From Orbicella franksi (taxonomy: Eukaryota): 64,000 bases of DNA. The notes beneath the pieces were generated by a model. The model saw only the letters and a program-made list of their open reading frames with translations. It was not told the DNA's origin and searched no databases. Numbering within the stretch: the stretch's first letter is position 1; every line of letters begins with the position of its first letter. A program made the position numbers and the translations under genes. The DNA is taken from positions 13,702,001 to 13,766,000 of the forward strand of contig OZ116701.1 in assembly GCA_964199315.1 (NCBI GenBank), written 5' to 3'. Below, one piece after another: positions 14,067-26,622 of this stretch.

Positions 14067-15807
14067 ACGTGTGTTCGACTCCAAATGACTTGAAGGTTGT
14101 GGAGAGCAATTGATTAAGACTATTTGCAACTTTGGCTTTAACAAGATAAGTAAATTACTATTTCTTTCATTTTCTAACGAGAGAAAAAACGAGGGAAGAC
14201 TGAGGCGAGGAAGCGCGAAACTTCTGGCCTCAGTCTCCCCGTTTTTTTTCTCTCTCTCTCGCCTGCCTATTTTTTCGCTCGTCCCCAACTACCGAGAGCC
14301 AGTAACAGACTACTCTCATCTGTGTAATTTCAGTGATGAACCTTACCTCGAGTACGGTTTGTTTTGGAAAGTTCATGTACAGCGAGCAGATTTTACTTCA
14401 CTGTTGCCATGGTTTTAGTTCTTGACTCAACATCGAACGTGTTAATATAAAACCAAAGACTTCGCGCGGCAAAAGTTCCACGTGTCTCGATCAAAAACGT
14501 TCAAGTTATAAAAAATGTCACCTGTCGGCCAACTTGGTTCTGTATAGAGAAATACCATACCCCAGCTTTTCAGTACAGTTCGTCGCCGTTACGGACCTTC
14601 CAGTCCACAAATAACGTGTATATACCGCTCTGTTGTTGTGTTTTTGGTTTTTGTTGTGTTCTTATCATTGTCAGATCGTTTTTCAGAATAGCGTCTTAAG
14701 AATTATACACGTGATTGTGAGTCTGAAAAGCTGAAGCCAATTAACTAAAAACTGCATCGGTGATTCCAGACGAACTTAAACATTTCTTGTTTTTACAATC
14801 AATTAATGACTTTGCGACACCTGCCATTTTGGGTTTAACTTATTCAGTATTATACGTTTTTTTCTCATTAAAGCTATCTGCTCGTTAAAATATTGTGACG
14901 TCCCCGAAACATGAACCCGCGAAAATGCTAAGACAAGCTTGTTGAAGCCGAACGTTACGTTGGTTTACTTTATTCGACATTTTAGCCCTCGGAAAAAAGT
15001 GCTCCTTTTGGTATTTATTTCGGTATCTCTAGCGGTTAGTAACTTTCCCTCAGGCTGTCAAGTCTGTTCAAACCTGAGCGACAACACTGGACATAATTCC
15101 TATACTCCTTAAAAATTCTTTCACATTGCTTTATTGCTTATTGTGTGAATTAAACTTCAGGTCTCTTGGGTAATATACTTTTCTGAGACGGATTTGAGTT
15201 AAGTTTTCCAAGTAAATAGACGATTGGCCTGCGGCATATGTTTTCAGTAGATCGTTTGACACACGTCAAAACAAAAAAAGCCAGCTCTGAAGGAGTCTTA
15301 ACGGACTAGACCCATTTGAATATTTTACGTTAGCATGTAATTTTTGACCTTCAAGAGCCAATCATCGCCATAAACTTAAACCATTGCCCGCAAAGCTAAA
15401 TAGTTTTAAGTATTCTTTCTTTGTAAATATAGTTAATGACTGGAATAATTTACCTAAAGATGTTGCGGAGGCAGAAAGTCTAAACATGTTCAAGAACAGG
15501 CTCAGATGCCATTTTACTAATGTTTTAGAACATTTTTGAACTTTTTATTGTGAGTTTTATTCAGATGTAAATTTGCGTTTTTAATTATTTTGGGAGTCAG
15601 ACTCGAAGGGAATAACCTCTTTTGTCTCCTTTTTACCTATCGTTCCATACGAATGTAAATTTGAATTTGAATTGTGAATAAACAGTAATGTATATAATAT
15701 TATTCACATTCATGAAGGCGCCATATGCATTTAGGGCATGTAACCTGAGTGTCGATCTTGGGGGAAACATCTGTCATTAAAACTGCAGGTAACCATATCG
15801 TAGAATA

Positions 15808-16737
15808 ATGGCGAGAGCAAACTTTACTGGAAGTGAGAAACACTCTCAACCTGTCGAACCACTGAGATGTTCGACTAACTTTGTTGATGGCTCATTCATA
15901 TATTTTACAGCATTCAACATTTTTCTATCCATTACTGCATTCGTTGGGAATACTCTGATCCTAGTCGCCCTTCAAAAGGACTCTTCCCTTCATCCGCCGT
16001 CCAAACTCTTGCTTCGCTGTCTGGCAACAACTGATCTCTGTGTTGGTCTTATTACAGAACCTCTCAATGTTACCTATTTGATTTCCTTGGTTTACGAAGA
16101 ATGGAATTCACTTTGCCGCTATGTATTAGTCTCATCTAATATAGCAGGCTATAGTTTATCCGCAGTGTCTTTGTTGACAGTTACTGCAGTAAGCGTGGAC
16201 AGACTTCTCGCCCTGTTGCTGGGCCTGAGGTACAGACAAAAGGTAACTTCGAAGCGAACATCCGTCATTGTTGTTATCTTTTGGGTTGTCTCCCTTGCTG
16301 CTGCTACATCGTACATTATAAATCCTGTTATAAACTTTTGGTTGGTCGTTATAGGTATATTGCTTTGTGTAGCAGTCTCGTTCGTCTCCTACACAAAGAT
16401 TTTCCTTGTACTCCGTCAACACCAAACTCGAGTGCAAGACCGACAACAACCCAGCCAAGCAATTTCACTGAATATAGCGCGATACAAGAAGGCAGTGTCC
16501 AGTGCACTATGGGTGCAGTTAGCATTATTTGCTTGTTATCTACCATTTGGTATAGTAAGAGCTACGATTAATAATGGTAAGCTATCGCCATCCCGTTTTC
16601 TCGCTTGGGAACTTGCAAAGACTTTGGTTTACCTTAACTCGTCGTTAAACCCGTTTCTTTACTACTGGAAGGTTGGTGGAGTAAAACAAGCAATAAAGGA
16701 GACAATCAGACAAGCAGTTTGCTGTTTGTCGAATTAG
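15808..16737 (+). CDS. Class A GPCR, second tandem copy, 309 aa
   Basis: Identical to copy 1 except one Pro>Arg change (QDPQQ vs QDRQQ) in intracellular loop 3. Confidence 0.93.
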   Translation: MARANFTGSEKHSQPVEPLRCSTNFVDGSFIYFTAFNIFLSITAFVGNTLILVALQKDSSLHPPSKLLLRCLATTDLCVGLITEPLNVTYLISLVYEEWNSLCRYVLVSSNIAGYSLSAVSLLTVTAVSVDRLLALLLGLRYRQKVTSKRTSVIVVIFWVVSLAAATSYIINPVINFWLVVIGILLCVAVSFVSYTKIFLVLRQHQTRVQDRQQPSQAISLNIARYKKAVSSALWVQLALFACYLPFGIVRATINNGKLSPSRFLAWELAKTLVYLNSSLNPFLYYWKVGGVKQAIKETIRQAVCCLSN

Positions 16738-17673
16738 TTGTTTTCCAACTAATTCATTTGTTATCCTGTACGACGTAAAGCTAAACATAAAGATAGTTGA
16801 AAAAAGGAAAACAGATCAATGATGTATTTTCTTTTTGCTTAGTCTTATCGCAAGTAACCTGGATTATTTTATAGTATTGAACTATTTTGAACACCGGAAG
16901 TATATAAAGCAAGGGAAAACATCTGCGGCACTTTTTCTTTTGTGTAGTTAAGCAAGACTTTCTTGATGCTGCATTACCAAACAATAACACCGGACGTTTT
17001 AGTACATTAGTTCGCCTGTTGAATGTGTATCTAAGTCTCATTTTTGACTTTATAGGATAGTTGCAGGAATTGTCTTATGAGCATATCATCTCTGTTAAAA
17101 TTTGGGATTTAGTCTTAAATTATAAATGCCCAAACAAAAGTGTTTTTTCTGTTTTTATGGCTTTATTTATGATTTTCATGAATTTACTTCGGTGAAATCT
17201 TCCAAAATTTTTACATCACATCGCTTCCAGCGGGATACGAATTTTAAACACGAAAAAAGTACGGTTTGTAAAGGCAGTTTTCTCGATATTTTTAAATTTA
17301 TGTCCTTTACTAATCGTTAGCTTTGCGTGAGAAAAGACTGATCTGATTTCTATGTTTGAAAATTGAATAAATATGAAAAATAGCAGCTGCACTGTAGTCT
17401 CTTCTATTTTGCAGGTTGATAGCCGTGGCAAGCAATCATTATAACAAGGATTCAGCTGTCTGTCAAAATCAAACTTAAAAAGTTTATTTGTGTCCGACAC
17501 AAGTATTGACTGTAGTTTGAGGCGTGAGTCTGGGCTCTCAAAGAGTTTAAATAACTTGGAATGTGTTCTTGTAACAAGCATTAAACAATGCTAAAATGGG
17601 ACATTTTTAATACCTCACTGCTCCTTAACGAGCATGGGCACCCCCCTTTTTTATTTTATAATTAAAGTTCTCA

Positions 17674-20112
17674 TATGATAAATATTCAGTGGGTAAAGTT
17701 TGAACAAAAATCTATTGGCAGTTCTATTTCAGGGGAATTACCTTAAACTCGAGTGCTCGAAAATTGAAAAAAAAAAAAAAAACATTTTGCGTGTTGCTGG
17801 CTAGTTTTGTAAAGTTCTCATATGTCTCGAGTGCTTTCTCATCCTGGGTTTGCTGAGTGAAAAACATTATTGATTACATTTCTTTATACTCTCGATAGCA
17901 TGCTTTACTTTTGGAATTGAACCAAATGGCAAAGTGTTTATAGACTGAAAGACGTGTGCCCAGTTTCTCGTATTGCGTGTGTAGTCTTTTGCTGTACAAT
18001 TGAGAAGGTCGTAATCTTTTAAGTTGTAACTTATCTTCCTACTTTTTTTTTTCTCCCAACCTGGTCACACAAATTCACAAAATTTCAATAGCGTTTTAGG
18101 ACTACCGTGTGGTACGATATTTTTGCAGGTTCTAATTTTTGTGATTTTTCCGCTTTTTTTCCACAATCCGCAAAAACAAGTTCCCGTGAAAAAAAGTTCC
18201 CACAAAAATTTCTCCGCAAAAATTTACTCTACTGACGGAATTATACATACAAACATCACATGTGCAAACATCTCTATCGTTTCTATCGTCCCGGCAGAAA
18301 CAAAATCAGGGGATATGCATCAAGTTGTACCTTAGTTTTTGCTGATCAATTTCCAGAGCAGTCAGTCACCCTGGGCAAGATGAAGTTGCTGGTTTTAAGA
18401 CAAAGCAAACTCGAACGTGTAACGCAACTCGTAAATCATGGGTCAGGGGACGAGATTGCGACTCCAGGCTCACTCGTTTCGTCAAGCTTGCGCAGTAGGG
18501 ACGAAAACTAGAGGAACGAGATTAGAAATCCGTTCCTTTGGTATTTCTAAATCTCGATAGAATACTCAATTGTAGGCACTGGACAATATTCGATAGCAGG
18601 TGGTACAAATTGCAATTGGAAGTGTTGAATTTCGATCACCAAATCGAAGTGAGTGTTTTTTTTCTGTGTTATCTATTTTATCGCCCCGTTTTATTTACAG
18701 CATGTAAATGGAATTTCAATATTAATGCCAGTTGCTCAGGGATCCCCCACATCCGTTTAGAATATGAATAAAAGATTAACCTTCCTTTTTCGTGCGTGTT
18801 TTGTGTTTTGTGGCGGCCATTTTGAATTGTTTAATACGCGGTCTGCTATTGGGAGGTCTGGAACCGAAGTTACTGAAGTCTGGGATGGGCGGGAAAATTC
18901 GCAAATTCTCGGAGGGAGCCGATCGCTCACCGAGAATAATCTTAGAGCTTCGAGTAGGCTCCGAGCGATTTCCGTAATTTAGGTTCCAGGCCTCGCACTA
19001 GCATATCGCACGTATTAAATTCAAAATGACCACCACAAAACACAAAACACGCGCGATTATTCTAAACGGATGTGGGGCTCCCTGTGCCGATTGCAAACAA
19101 ACGACATGAAAACGACAGGATTGGAAGATAGTAACTATTTCCTGTACCAACCCTTCAAGAGTCTTTCTTTAATATATAAGGAATAATTGTCTTTACTGGC
19201 CTCTAGTGTTTTGTAACATAAGCATATTCCTTACTGGAATTAGAAGATAGCTGCTGGATGCCGAAAACACCGTCCCTATTTAGATATAAATATTTTCTCT
19301 TTTTTCATGCTTTATTCTAAACCAAACAGAAGAAGGACAACAGAAGACAAGATTGGAAAACAAAGAAGAATATTGGAAATTCGTTCTTTGGACAGTTATT
19401 ATAAATCTAGGTAGAATACTCAATTTTATGCACAGCATAATATTGGATATCAGGTGGTACAAATTGTAAATTAAAAGTGTGAATTTCGATCATCAAATCG
19501 AATTGAGTGGTTTTCTTGTTATGTCAATTTTATCACGCCGTATTATTTTCGGCATACAAATGGAAGTTTCAATATTAATGCCGACTGCAAACAAACGACA
19601 GGAAGATGGTAAATATTTTCTATACCACCAACAGATGAATTGTCTTAACTGACCTCCGTTTGTTTTTCAGACGAGTAGTATGAGTAGTATCAGATAACGA
19701 ATTAAAATATAGCTGCCGGATGTGGATTGTTGTTTTTCAGCGTGTTTTTCCAGCGAAAACACTGCGTCTTGTTAGTTATAAATATTCTCTCTACCTCGTC
19801 CTATATGCTAAACCAAATAGGAGATGGTGTCCCTATGTTTTCTAATAAAACAATGCACTTTTAAGGTCTAGAAAAACTGCTAGACGAACTCTTGTTCCCC
19901 TTTTGCGTCCACTAACAGTTTTTATAGGCCTAAAACGCGCATTATTTCTTAGACAACATGGAACACCATCTATTATTTGATGAGGATAATCTGATCATTT
20001 CCTTGACTCCTGTTACCCTTAACACTCAATAATTCAATATAAGAATAACAAGGTTATATCCTTCAAACCGTGGGAGCAGAAAAATAAGACGAAAATACGT
20101 ACGTTAACTGCC
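17674..20112. repeat. Tandem duplication unit, partial copy 3
   Basis: Matches copy 2 to ~19120, is visibly more diverged to ~20110, then colinearity breaks (acgttaactgccttgg vs acgttaactggcttga). Confidence 0.92.
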
Positions 20113-22610
20113 TTGGATGCCTTAGTGTTCCACTTGGCGGTCCGTCCATTAGCAGTTTTCTAGACCTCAAAGTGCGTCATTTCTCAGAGAACATGGAACA
20201 CCATCTATTGTCTGATCATTCACTGAAAAATCCTTGACTCCTGTTACCCTTACGCTTAAGAGCTTCTGGCTGAGAGACCGGGGCAAAGTAAGAAATGAAG
20301 GTCAGTTGATTGCGCTTAAAATTGGTACACAAAGTTGTTATGTAGACTTATGTGATATGCCAAGGTTTCAGCTTTAACGACCTTTGTTTTAGCCGAGTTC
20401 TGAATATCAGCCCCTCGGCGGTTCCCAGACGCAAGTTTAGCCACTTTTCAATTTCTCTTTTGGCAAGTACGATTAATTTCCCATAAAATCAAAACCATGT
20501 TTGTAATGCCCTATCCTTAGGCTTCTATGGGTAAAACCAAGCTCACGGGAATTTTTCGTTAGCCGGTGACTGTTATTACAAGTTGGCCCTATTTAAAGCA
20601 TATGGGAAGCAAGCCAAAATAGCCTGTTTCTCATATCGCATATTTTTTATGTCCATGTTTTATATCGTCAAGTCTTAGTATCCCTGCAAAGTCAACGTCA
20701 AAGTCAACTTTATTGCAGAGTGGCCCTTTCAGTACAAGGGTTGAATCATCAGGGTCCGGCCCTCGGTAATGTGCGACCACCACCATATAAAAATATTCAA
20801 TATGAAGCAACATAACAATGTTAAAAAGGCCAAACAAATATGTACAATAAGTGTTACAAAAAATAGGAAGTATAACTTACAATTATCAAATAGAACTGAG
20901 TTTTTTCATTTAATTTTAATTTTGTCTTGTTCTTGCTAATAAATCTGTAAGAAAGACCAGTGTTGACTAGTAACTGTCAAAAAGGAATAAATAACGAAGG
21001 AACAGCCTTGTTAGACACTCCATCAAATGAAGGCAGCTGTCGTCAAATGAACTGCTATTGGGTGAGACTATCATCTTCAACATTATGTGAATAAATTCTA
21101 AATTGGAGGGCTTTTTTCGTTGGCAGTTCACACGTAATTGTCAAGCTCTTTGGGAACAAGTCTCTGTACAGGATGCTTTATGTCATTATCTCTTCCATTT
21201 CATTCCTTTCTTCTGTTTTGATGTCGGAGGCAACTTTTTCCCAAGGTTAGTTCATTCCTCGCAGTTGTTTGGGAATTTACTTACAGTGTTGTTATTGCTC
21301 AATTTTAATGGCAAGTTGTCTCCTCTGAGAAGCAATCTTTTATCAAAGCTCATGCAGTAATTCTGTTTCAGTAGTATGTATTAGTGTTGTATTAGGAATA
21401 ATTTTATTTCCTGTGTTGTTTCTACCCTTTGTAAGGTTTACTGACCCGCGTTATCCATGGCAATTTTCCTCATTCCTGTCCATCTATTGTCAATTCATGA
21501 TTTATCATTACTTCTTTCAAGGTTTCCAGCTTCAGAAAGGTATTGTATTCAGGTTTCCTAATTCGATTTGAAATTTTCTTTTTCATAAATCAGAAGAAAA
21601 ATGGTTTAAATCTTGAAATGGAAATAAAAAATGATCTCGAGGCGAATGATTAACGACCTTTTCTCTCTTAAAATTAACGACTTCCCAAGTTAAATCATTA
21701 AAGAGACTCGTTAAAGAGTTGGCGTGGAAGACTTAACGCCTCAGAAAATCTAGATGAAATTTTTTTGAATTTAGTTGTTCATTATCCCTGTGATTCTTTC
21801 CTGTCACCTGGTCAGTACTTTTCACTTTGTTAAATTCATATTAATCTGGGATTCATTCTATTTTATAATATAGATTATTTTAGGTGTCTTGGTAAATCAT
21901 TGGCTTCCCTATTGAAAAATCAGTAAAGATCGCTTGGGTTTTGTGTGATACAAATTTCTGAATGAATTTTCTTGGAAAAAAAAAATTAACAGACGGCTGA
22001 AATTTGGATGATAATGCATCGTTTAACCTGCCGGGAGTCTTGTGTTTAACAAGTTTTATTTAAGAAAGCCGGATTGCATTGTAAACTTTATAGAATTAAA
22101 ACTGAACTTGTAGTGAAACATTCATTTCCAACAGAAGACTTTACAAAAATCGACGAATTTTCAGTTGGCCAAGCCGCACATATTGAGCTATTAAACATAT
22201 TGATATTAAACAGATATTGACAATCAAGCTAGCCTCCCCTACAAGCCTGGTGGTATTAGATTATCCCCCCGGTTTTTAACAGGGAAATAAAACCTCTGTT
22301 ACTTTATTATATACTTTTAGAAAACAGCTCAAATAAAGTACGCGCGCTGACTGGTTTAAAATCGTGTTTCTATTAAACGATTAGATTATGAGCTCAAGAT
22401 TTCTATCACACGGAAATCGAGAGGGAGTAGTATGATGTATTGATTCTCAATTTTATGTGTGTTTTATCAACCCCCCTCTTAAATTCACCCAACAAACGCA
22501 TCACCACCCCCCCCCCCTGCACTAAATATTGTTGTTAAATATGGGTTACATTGGTGTCTAAATTGTCCCAGCTAACTAAGTTTGACAATATATTTCTTCC
22601 TTCACCGCAG

Positions 22611-22906
22611 GATCGAATACCTTGTGTCAAGAGGATATGTCCTTCACTTTGCAGACTGCTCGACAACATCAATTTGTAAAACTCGAGTTCCATTCCCTGG
22701 CTGTACCTGCAGTTGGAATCTTCACAGGGTTAGACGTCTTTGATTGTACATTCCAGTGCCTCAGCAATCCTTTGTGTATTTCCGTGAACATGGCCGCCTT
22801 GAAAGGAGCTGATGGAACTCTCTGGTGTGAATTACTCTCCTCTGATAAACACAGAAACTTCACGGAATATAAAGGAAACGAAAGTTCGCACCACTTTTCC
22901 ATTAGG
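22611..22906 (+). CDS. Exon (PAN/apple-like domain) of a PAN-EGF-USOMP5-like secreted protein gene
   Basis: Acceptor caccgcag|, donor |gtaggg. Encodes CTFQCLSNPLCISVN...LWCELLSSDK...HHFSIR and ends in phase 0. Confidence 0.8.
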
Positions 22907-23135
22907 GTAGGGAAAGGTCAATCATTTTTGTAGAAGATATATATTAATCAGTAAGTAATGAGTGTGGCCAGAAATAACGCTCCTCTTTCTACCCGAGCTG
23001 TTATTTTCTATTAAGCTTTTGTCTCTGGAAACAATTTTACGAACCCTGAGCTATAAGGTTTTTCTTTCACAGATGCAGTACTGTTTAAGCTATGTTTTCT
23101 CAAAGCACGATCCCTTCATAAACATATTGAAGATG

Positions 23136-23762
23136 TAACACACAAACTGCAGTGACAAACATTACAATAATAACACGCATGTTGGAAAACGAAATTCATT
23201 TAACTTGACGTTTCATATATTTCGACATACACCTTCAGAAGTGACTGTTTAGAACAGAAGTAACAACTAAATTTTAAATTTAGGATAAGTAACTAACAAT
23301 AACAATGACAGAAGTTGACAAAAATTTGCATATTAAAATATGGAAACTAATAAAGATAAAGCTTTTCGCTGCTAACATTATCGTTTAGGGTAGGTTTCAG
23401 TTCCCTAATTAGTAGAGTCTCCTTTATCTTGCAATGTGTATCTGACCGACCTTTTGCTAATATCTTAAAGTGGTTCCATTTTAAGCTGTGACCAGTTGAC
23501 GTGACGTGGTCTGCGATAGCAGCTGCGTCACAGGTACTCGTGATCGCTTTAAAATATTCAGTTTTTTTGTCATGCAATCTACGTTTTGTTTTTTTGCAAT
23601 GTAGAAATCCTGGCAGACCCAACAACTAGCCTTATACACAACTTTTGACATTTGGGAACGGTTGATCCTATCTTTGTAGGAAAAAAATATGCGATGAGCG
23701 CTTTGGAAAATAACCCTTAGATCAATGCAGCCATAATGTTTGTCACTGCAGTTTGTGTGTTA
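23136..23762 (-). mobile_element. Penelope-like element fragment (GIY-YIG endonuclease C-terminus + 3' region), bounded by 29-bp perfect inverted repeats
   Basis: ORF 23347-23625 reads AIADHVTSTGHSLKWNHFKIL...KIKETLLIRELKPTLN, typical of the PLE GIY-YIG end. taacacacaaactgcagtgacaaacatta (23136-23164) is the reverse complement of 23734-23762. Confidence 0.82.
23203..23242 (-). ncRNA. Minimal type I hammerhead ribozyme of the Penelope element (core variant)
   Basis: Minus strand: ACUU-CUGAAGG-U-GUAUG(ucgaaa)UAUAU-GAAAC-GUC-AAGU. Stem I ACUU/AAGU, stem II, GAAA, GUC cleavage triplet, palindromic stem III. A9 is replaced by G. Confidence 0.7.
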
Positions 23763-23990
23763 TTTCTTATTAAGCCACGATGGCCAAAAAGAAAGAATAT
23801 TTCGGTACGATATTGAAGATGTCCCAGTTCCCTTCGCATGGAGTGAGTATCACAGGCCCTAAACCTCATTATTTCTGATGTGTTCTTCCCATCTCTTCCC
23901 CTACAAATCTAGAACATTTCGCAGTAGACACATGTACGACTTGCGTACGTATTTTTCATTAAATGATGCAGTATATTATTCCTTTGGCAG

Positions 23991-24105
23991 TCGCCTTGCT
24001 CTTCTTCACCGTGTCAAAACCAAGGTGCCTGCATGGCAAAGTACAAATACGACACGTTTGAATGCCTGTGTCCAGAGGGCTTCAAAGGAGAATATTGTGA
24101 AAAAG
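23991..24105 (+). CDS. Exon encoding an EGF-like domain of the same gene
   Basis: Acceptor tttggcag|, donor |gttag. SPCSSSPCQNQGACMAKYKYDTFECLCPEGFKGEYCEK has six EGF-spaced Cys. Phase 0 start, phase 1 end. Confidence 0.88.
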
Positions 24106-24688
24106 GTTAGATACACTTTTTCTATGCAAGTGTTTAACTACAGAAGTCTGTTATAAGTGTACGTTTTACATATGTATTATGTATTATATGTAGTATATTG
24201 CATATGCAGCGTATATTTAGTACCGCATTTCGCATCTCATTTTGTTTTCATAGGTTTTGTTTGCAGTGTGTAAACTAGCCTCAAAACTGTGCATAAACCG
24301 TAGTCCACGCCCGATCGGTGCTCGGGTACAGGTTCACCTTGTACATTCGCCCCGCACTAAGGTTTATTAGACTCTGCTATTTAGAGATAAGGCTCTATTT
24401 GTGCATTCCATGGCCTCGTTCGGAGGAAGAGCGCGGGCTTCTTTTCTACTCAGCGGCTTTTAATTGAGCCTGTGTAGTAATCAATTTACTCAAATGTCGT
24501 TGTGAACCAATGAAAGACTACAGTAGAATCTTATAACGAGTGGTTCGCAACTGGTTTTGGTCTTGCACCTGATTGGACGATCGAAGGTGACAATGAAGAG
24601 GAAGATGACAATAAAAGATGTCCCCAAAAAGGGTCTTGCCTCCAAAAGTTCACTTTGGTACATCATTCGCTGATAACGAGGCTTATTG

Positions 24689-24767
24689 ACAATTATTTCA
24701 CGAGCGAGCGTTGGATATGAGTTGGCTATAATCATCTCATATCCAACAAGGGGGAGTGAAATAATTG
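24689..24767. repeat. Short palindromic (hairpin) interspersed repeat
   Basis: acaattatttcac...gttggatatgag / ctcatatccaac...gtgaaataattgt form nested inverted arms. Confidence 0.75.
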
Positions 24768-24963
24768 TTTTATTAGAAACGCCCCCAAAATAAAGCAAAC
24801 TAAAACAAAATAAAACTTAAAACTCTCCCAAAAATTACGGGAACTCTTACCATATTTGCAGAGCATGCTATAATGGCTCATATATCATGATGCCTAAACC
24901 AATGAAAACTCTTGAATTGCATCATGAACGATCCAGTTTTTAACAATTTTCTATGTAATTTAG

Positions 24964-25000
24964 GTGCTGAGTCCTGCAACGAACTGTATGATATGACCAA
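24964..25000 (+). CDS. 37-bp exon of the same gene (GAESCNELYDMT)
   Basis: Acceptor aatttag|, donor |gtaagt. Phases match both neighbouring exons. Confidence 0.75.
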
Positions 25001-25453
25001 GTAAGTTACACTGTATATCATTGGATTATGCAGTATGTGATCCAAGTGGAGCAATTAAGAGCCATTGTGACAAAAGGCTGTTCGTTTTAATTTGATGGAT
25101 AAGATACACTGGATGGCGGGCGAAGGAGGGGGGTGGTGTTGGGAGGGAAGAGGTGGTGTAGATGACTGTAGATGATTGTTTGAGTTCGACTTCGACTACG
25201 TTTTTAAAGCGTGCCCATAACGAATGTTTGGTTACTTTTTCACTTAAATCATCTCATCACCCAAAGGACTTCTACGAAAACGATTTGGAGTTTTAAGCAA
25301 AATGAGATTTTAAAAACATTTTCGACAGCTTTAAAATTTACCGCTATTTTGGGTCACTCTCCAAGTTCTACTCCGTAGGAAAGGGTCTGTAACGTAGGTT
25401 AAGGAACATGTGATATCATACACCTTATTCCAAAATGGCCGCAATTTTAGTAT

Positions 25454-25565
25454 TCTTTTGTTTACTTGCAAATTAGCCTTTGTTGCCTCTTTAAGGGAAA
25501 ATATTCTTTTGAATTTCGAGTTTAAGAACGAGGCAACAAGGGCTAATTTGCAAGTAAACAAAAGA
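25454..25565. repeat. Hairpin MITE-like repeat, 36-bp arms with one mismatch
   Basis: tcttttgtttacttgcaaattagcctttgttgcctc (25454-25489) pairs with 25530-25565. Confidence 0.85.
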
Positions 25566-26003
25566 GTAAATATTGCATTGAATACCCGAATACCCGAATG
25601 TTGCATTGAATACATACTGGTCATTGCCTTTGTCTCTAAACGAGTGTTCGTGTAAAACCTTACAGATGAAAATGAGTTTGATTTGCATGAAAATGAAGAT
25701 GTAGGCAGAACACATCTCCATATGAATGGCTTCGCACGATCAAAGACTCGTTTTAACATAGAGGGAAAAGGTCACTCGGAAATGACCTATTGAAATGTAC
25801 TGAATTGAACCCGTTGCTATGGGCGTTGCTAGGTTGAAATGTAGCTACCAATGTGCAGATTTCTTAATTAAACGTAAATGAAGGGGTAGTTAGAGTAAAA
25901 TTCGATTGATGATATATGTACGTTTTGTAAATGCTGAGAGATGTTGAATGTTCATGTTTTGGGAAAATGGTTTCCGGGGGGAAAAACTTAATGTTTCAGA
26001 GTA

Positions 26004-26382
26004 TAAGGCAGCGTGCTTACTACGCCGGAGAAATTTGAAAACACACAGCTTTATTTCTACGGTTAGGCCTATCGCCCACACTAATCCGTCACGAAAACGG
26101 AGCTATTCGAAAACGTTCTTCAGACCGGAGGAAATTGACAACACTGGCTTTACGTTTTCGTGTTGACGGAAAAAAAAATTGAAAACGAAGCTTTTCGAAA
26201 ACAATGGCGATAATCATGTGATTTCCCCGGCACGAGTTTTCCTCAAACACAAATCTAAAATGACTAGTGATTGTTGCGTTTTTCAATTCCTCCGGCATAG
26301 TGTGGACGGAAAACATTTCATGTGTTTTCAGAGTGAAATCCCCGTTTTCAAATTCCTTCGGCGTAGTATTGATGAGGCCTAA
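26004..26382. mobile_element. Non-autonomous DNA transposon (MITE) with degenerate TIRs
   Basis: taaggc...actacgccggagaaatttgaaaac at the left end and gttttcaaattccttcggcgtagt...ggcctaa at the right end; internal gaaaac sub-repeats. Confidence 0.7.
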
Positions 26383-26495
26383 GACCACCTTATTTAACGC
26401 GGTGTGGGTGTACCGCAAAAAAGCACTAAAACTATTACCTCTTAACAGTACATATCTTAGCATTGTTTTTTCCTTGACATTTTTATGTTCTACAG

Positions 26496-26622
26496 GTCAA
26501 ATGTGAGTCGGTTGGTTAAGTTACAGTTTGGGGAAACACTAACATCGGTTTTCTGTCACATGAGAGATTTTGGATGTGGAGATGGAGGATGGACTCCAGT
26601 GATGAAGATTGACGGCACAAGG
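26496..26622 (+). CDS. Exon encoding a fibrinogen-N-like segment (VFCHMRDFGCGDGGWTPVMKIDGT); 3' donor non-canonical
   Basis: Acceptor ttctacag|; phase matches the previous exon. No in-phase GT at the expected end (AGG|gaatgg). Confidence 0.72.

Larger units (their letters stand above)
8838..17673. repeat. Tandem segmental duplication unit, copy 2
   Basis: Near-identical to copy 1. Differences cluster in the first ~1 kb, plus isolated SNPs (e.g. 7606 C vs 16442 G). Confidence 0.97.

Noticed and set aside
20256-20660. TTAA-flanked DNA transposon
   Set aside because: One plausible terminus (ttaa-gagcttctggc) is present, but I found no matching second TIR.
21080-22610. First (signal-peptide) exon of the USOMP5-like gene
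   Set aside because: No convincing ATG-hydrophobic-GT exon in phase 1 was found by eye.
25331-26506. ORFs of 63-142 aa on both strands
   Set aside because: They overlap MITE/hairpin repeats inside an intron and show no coding signature.
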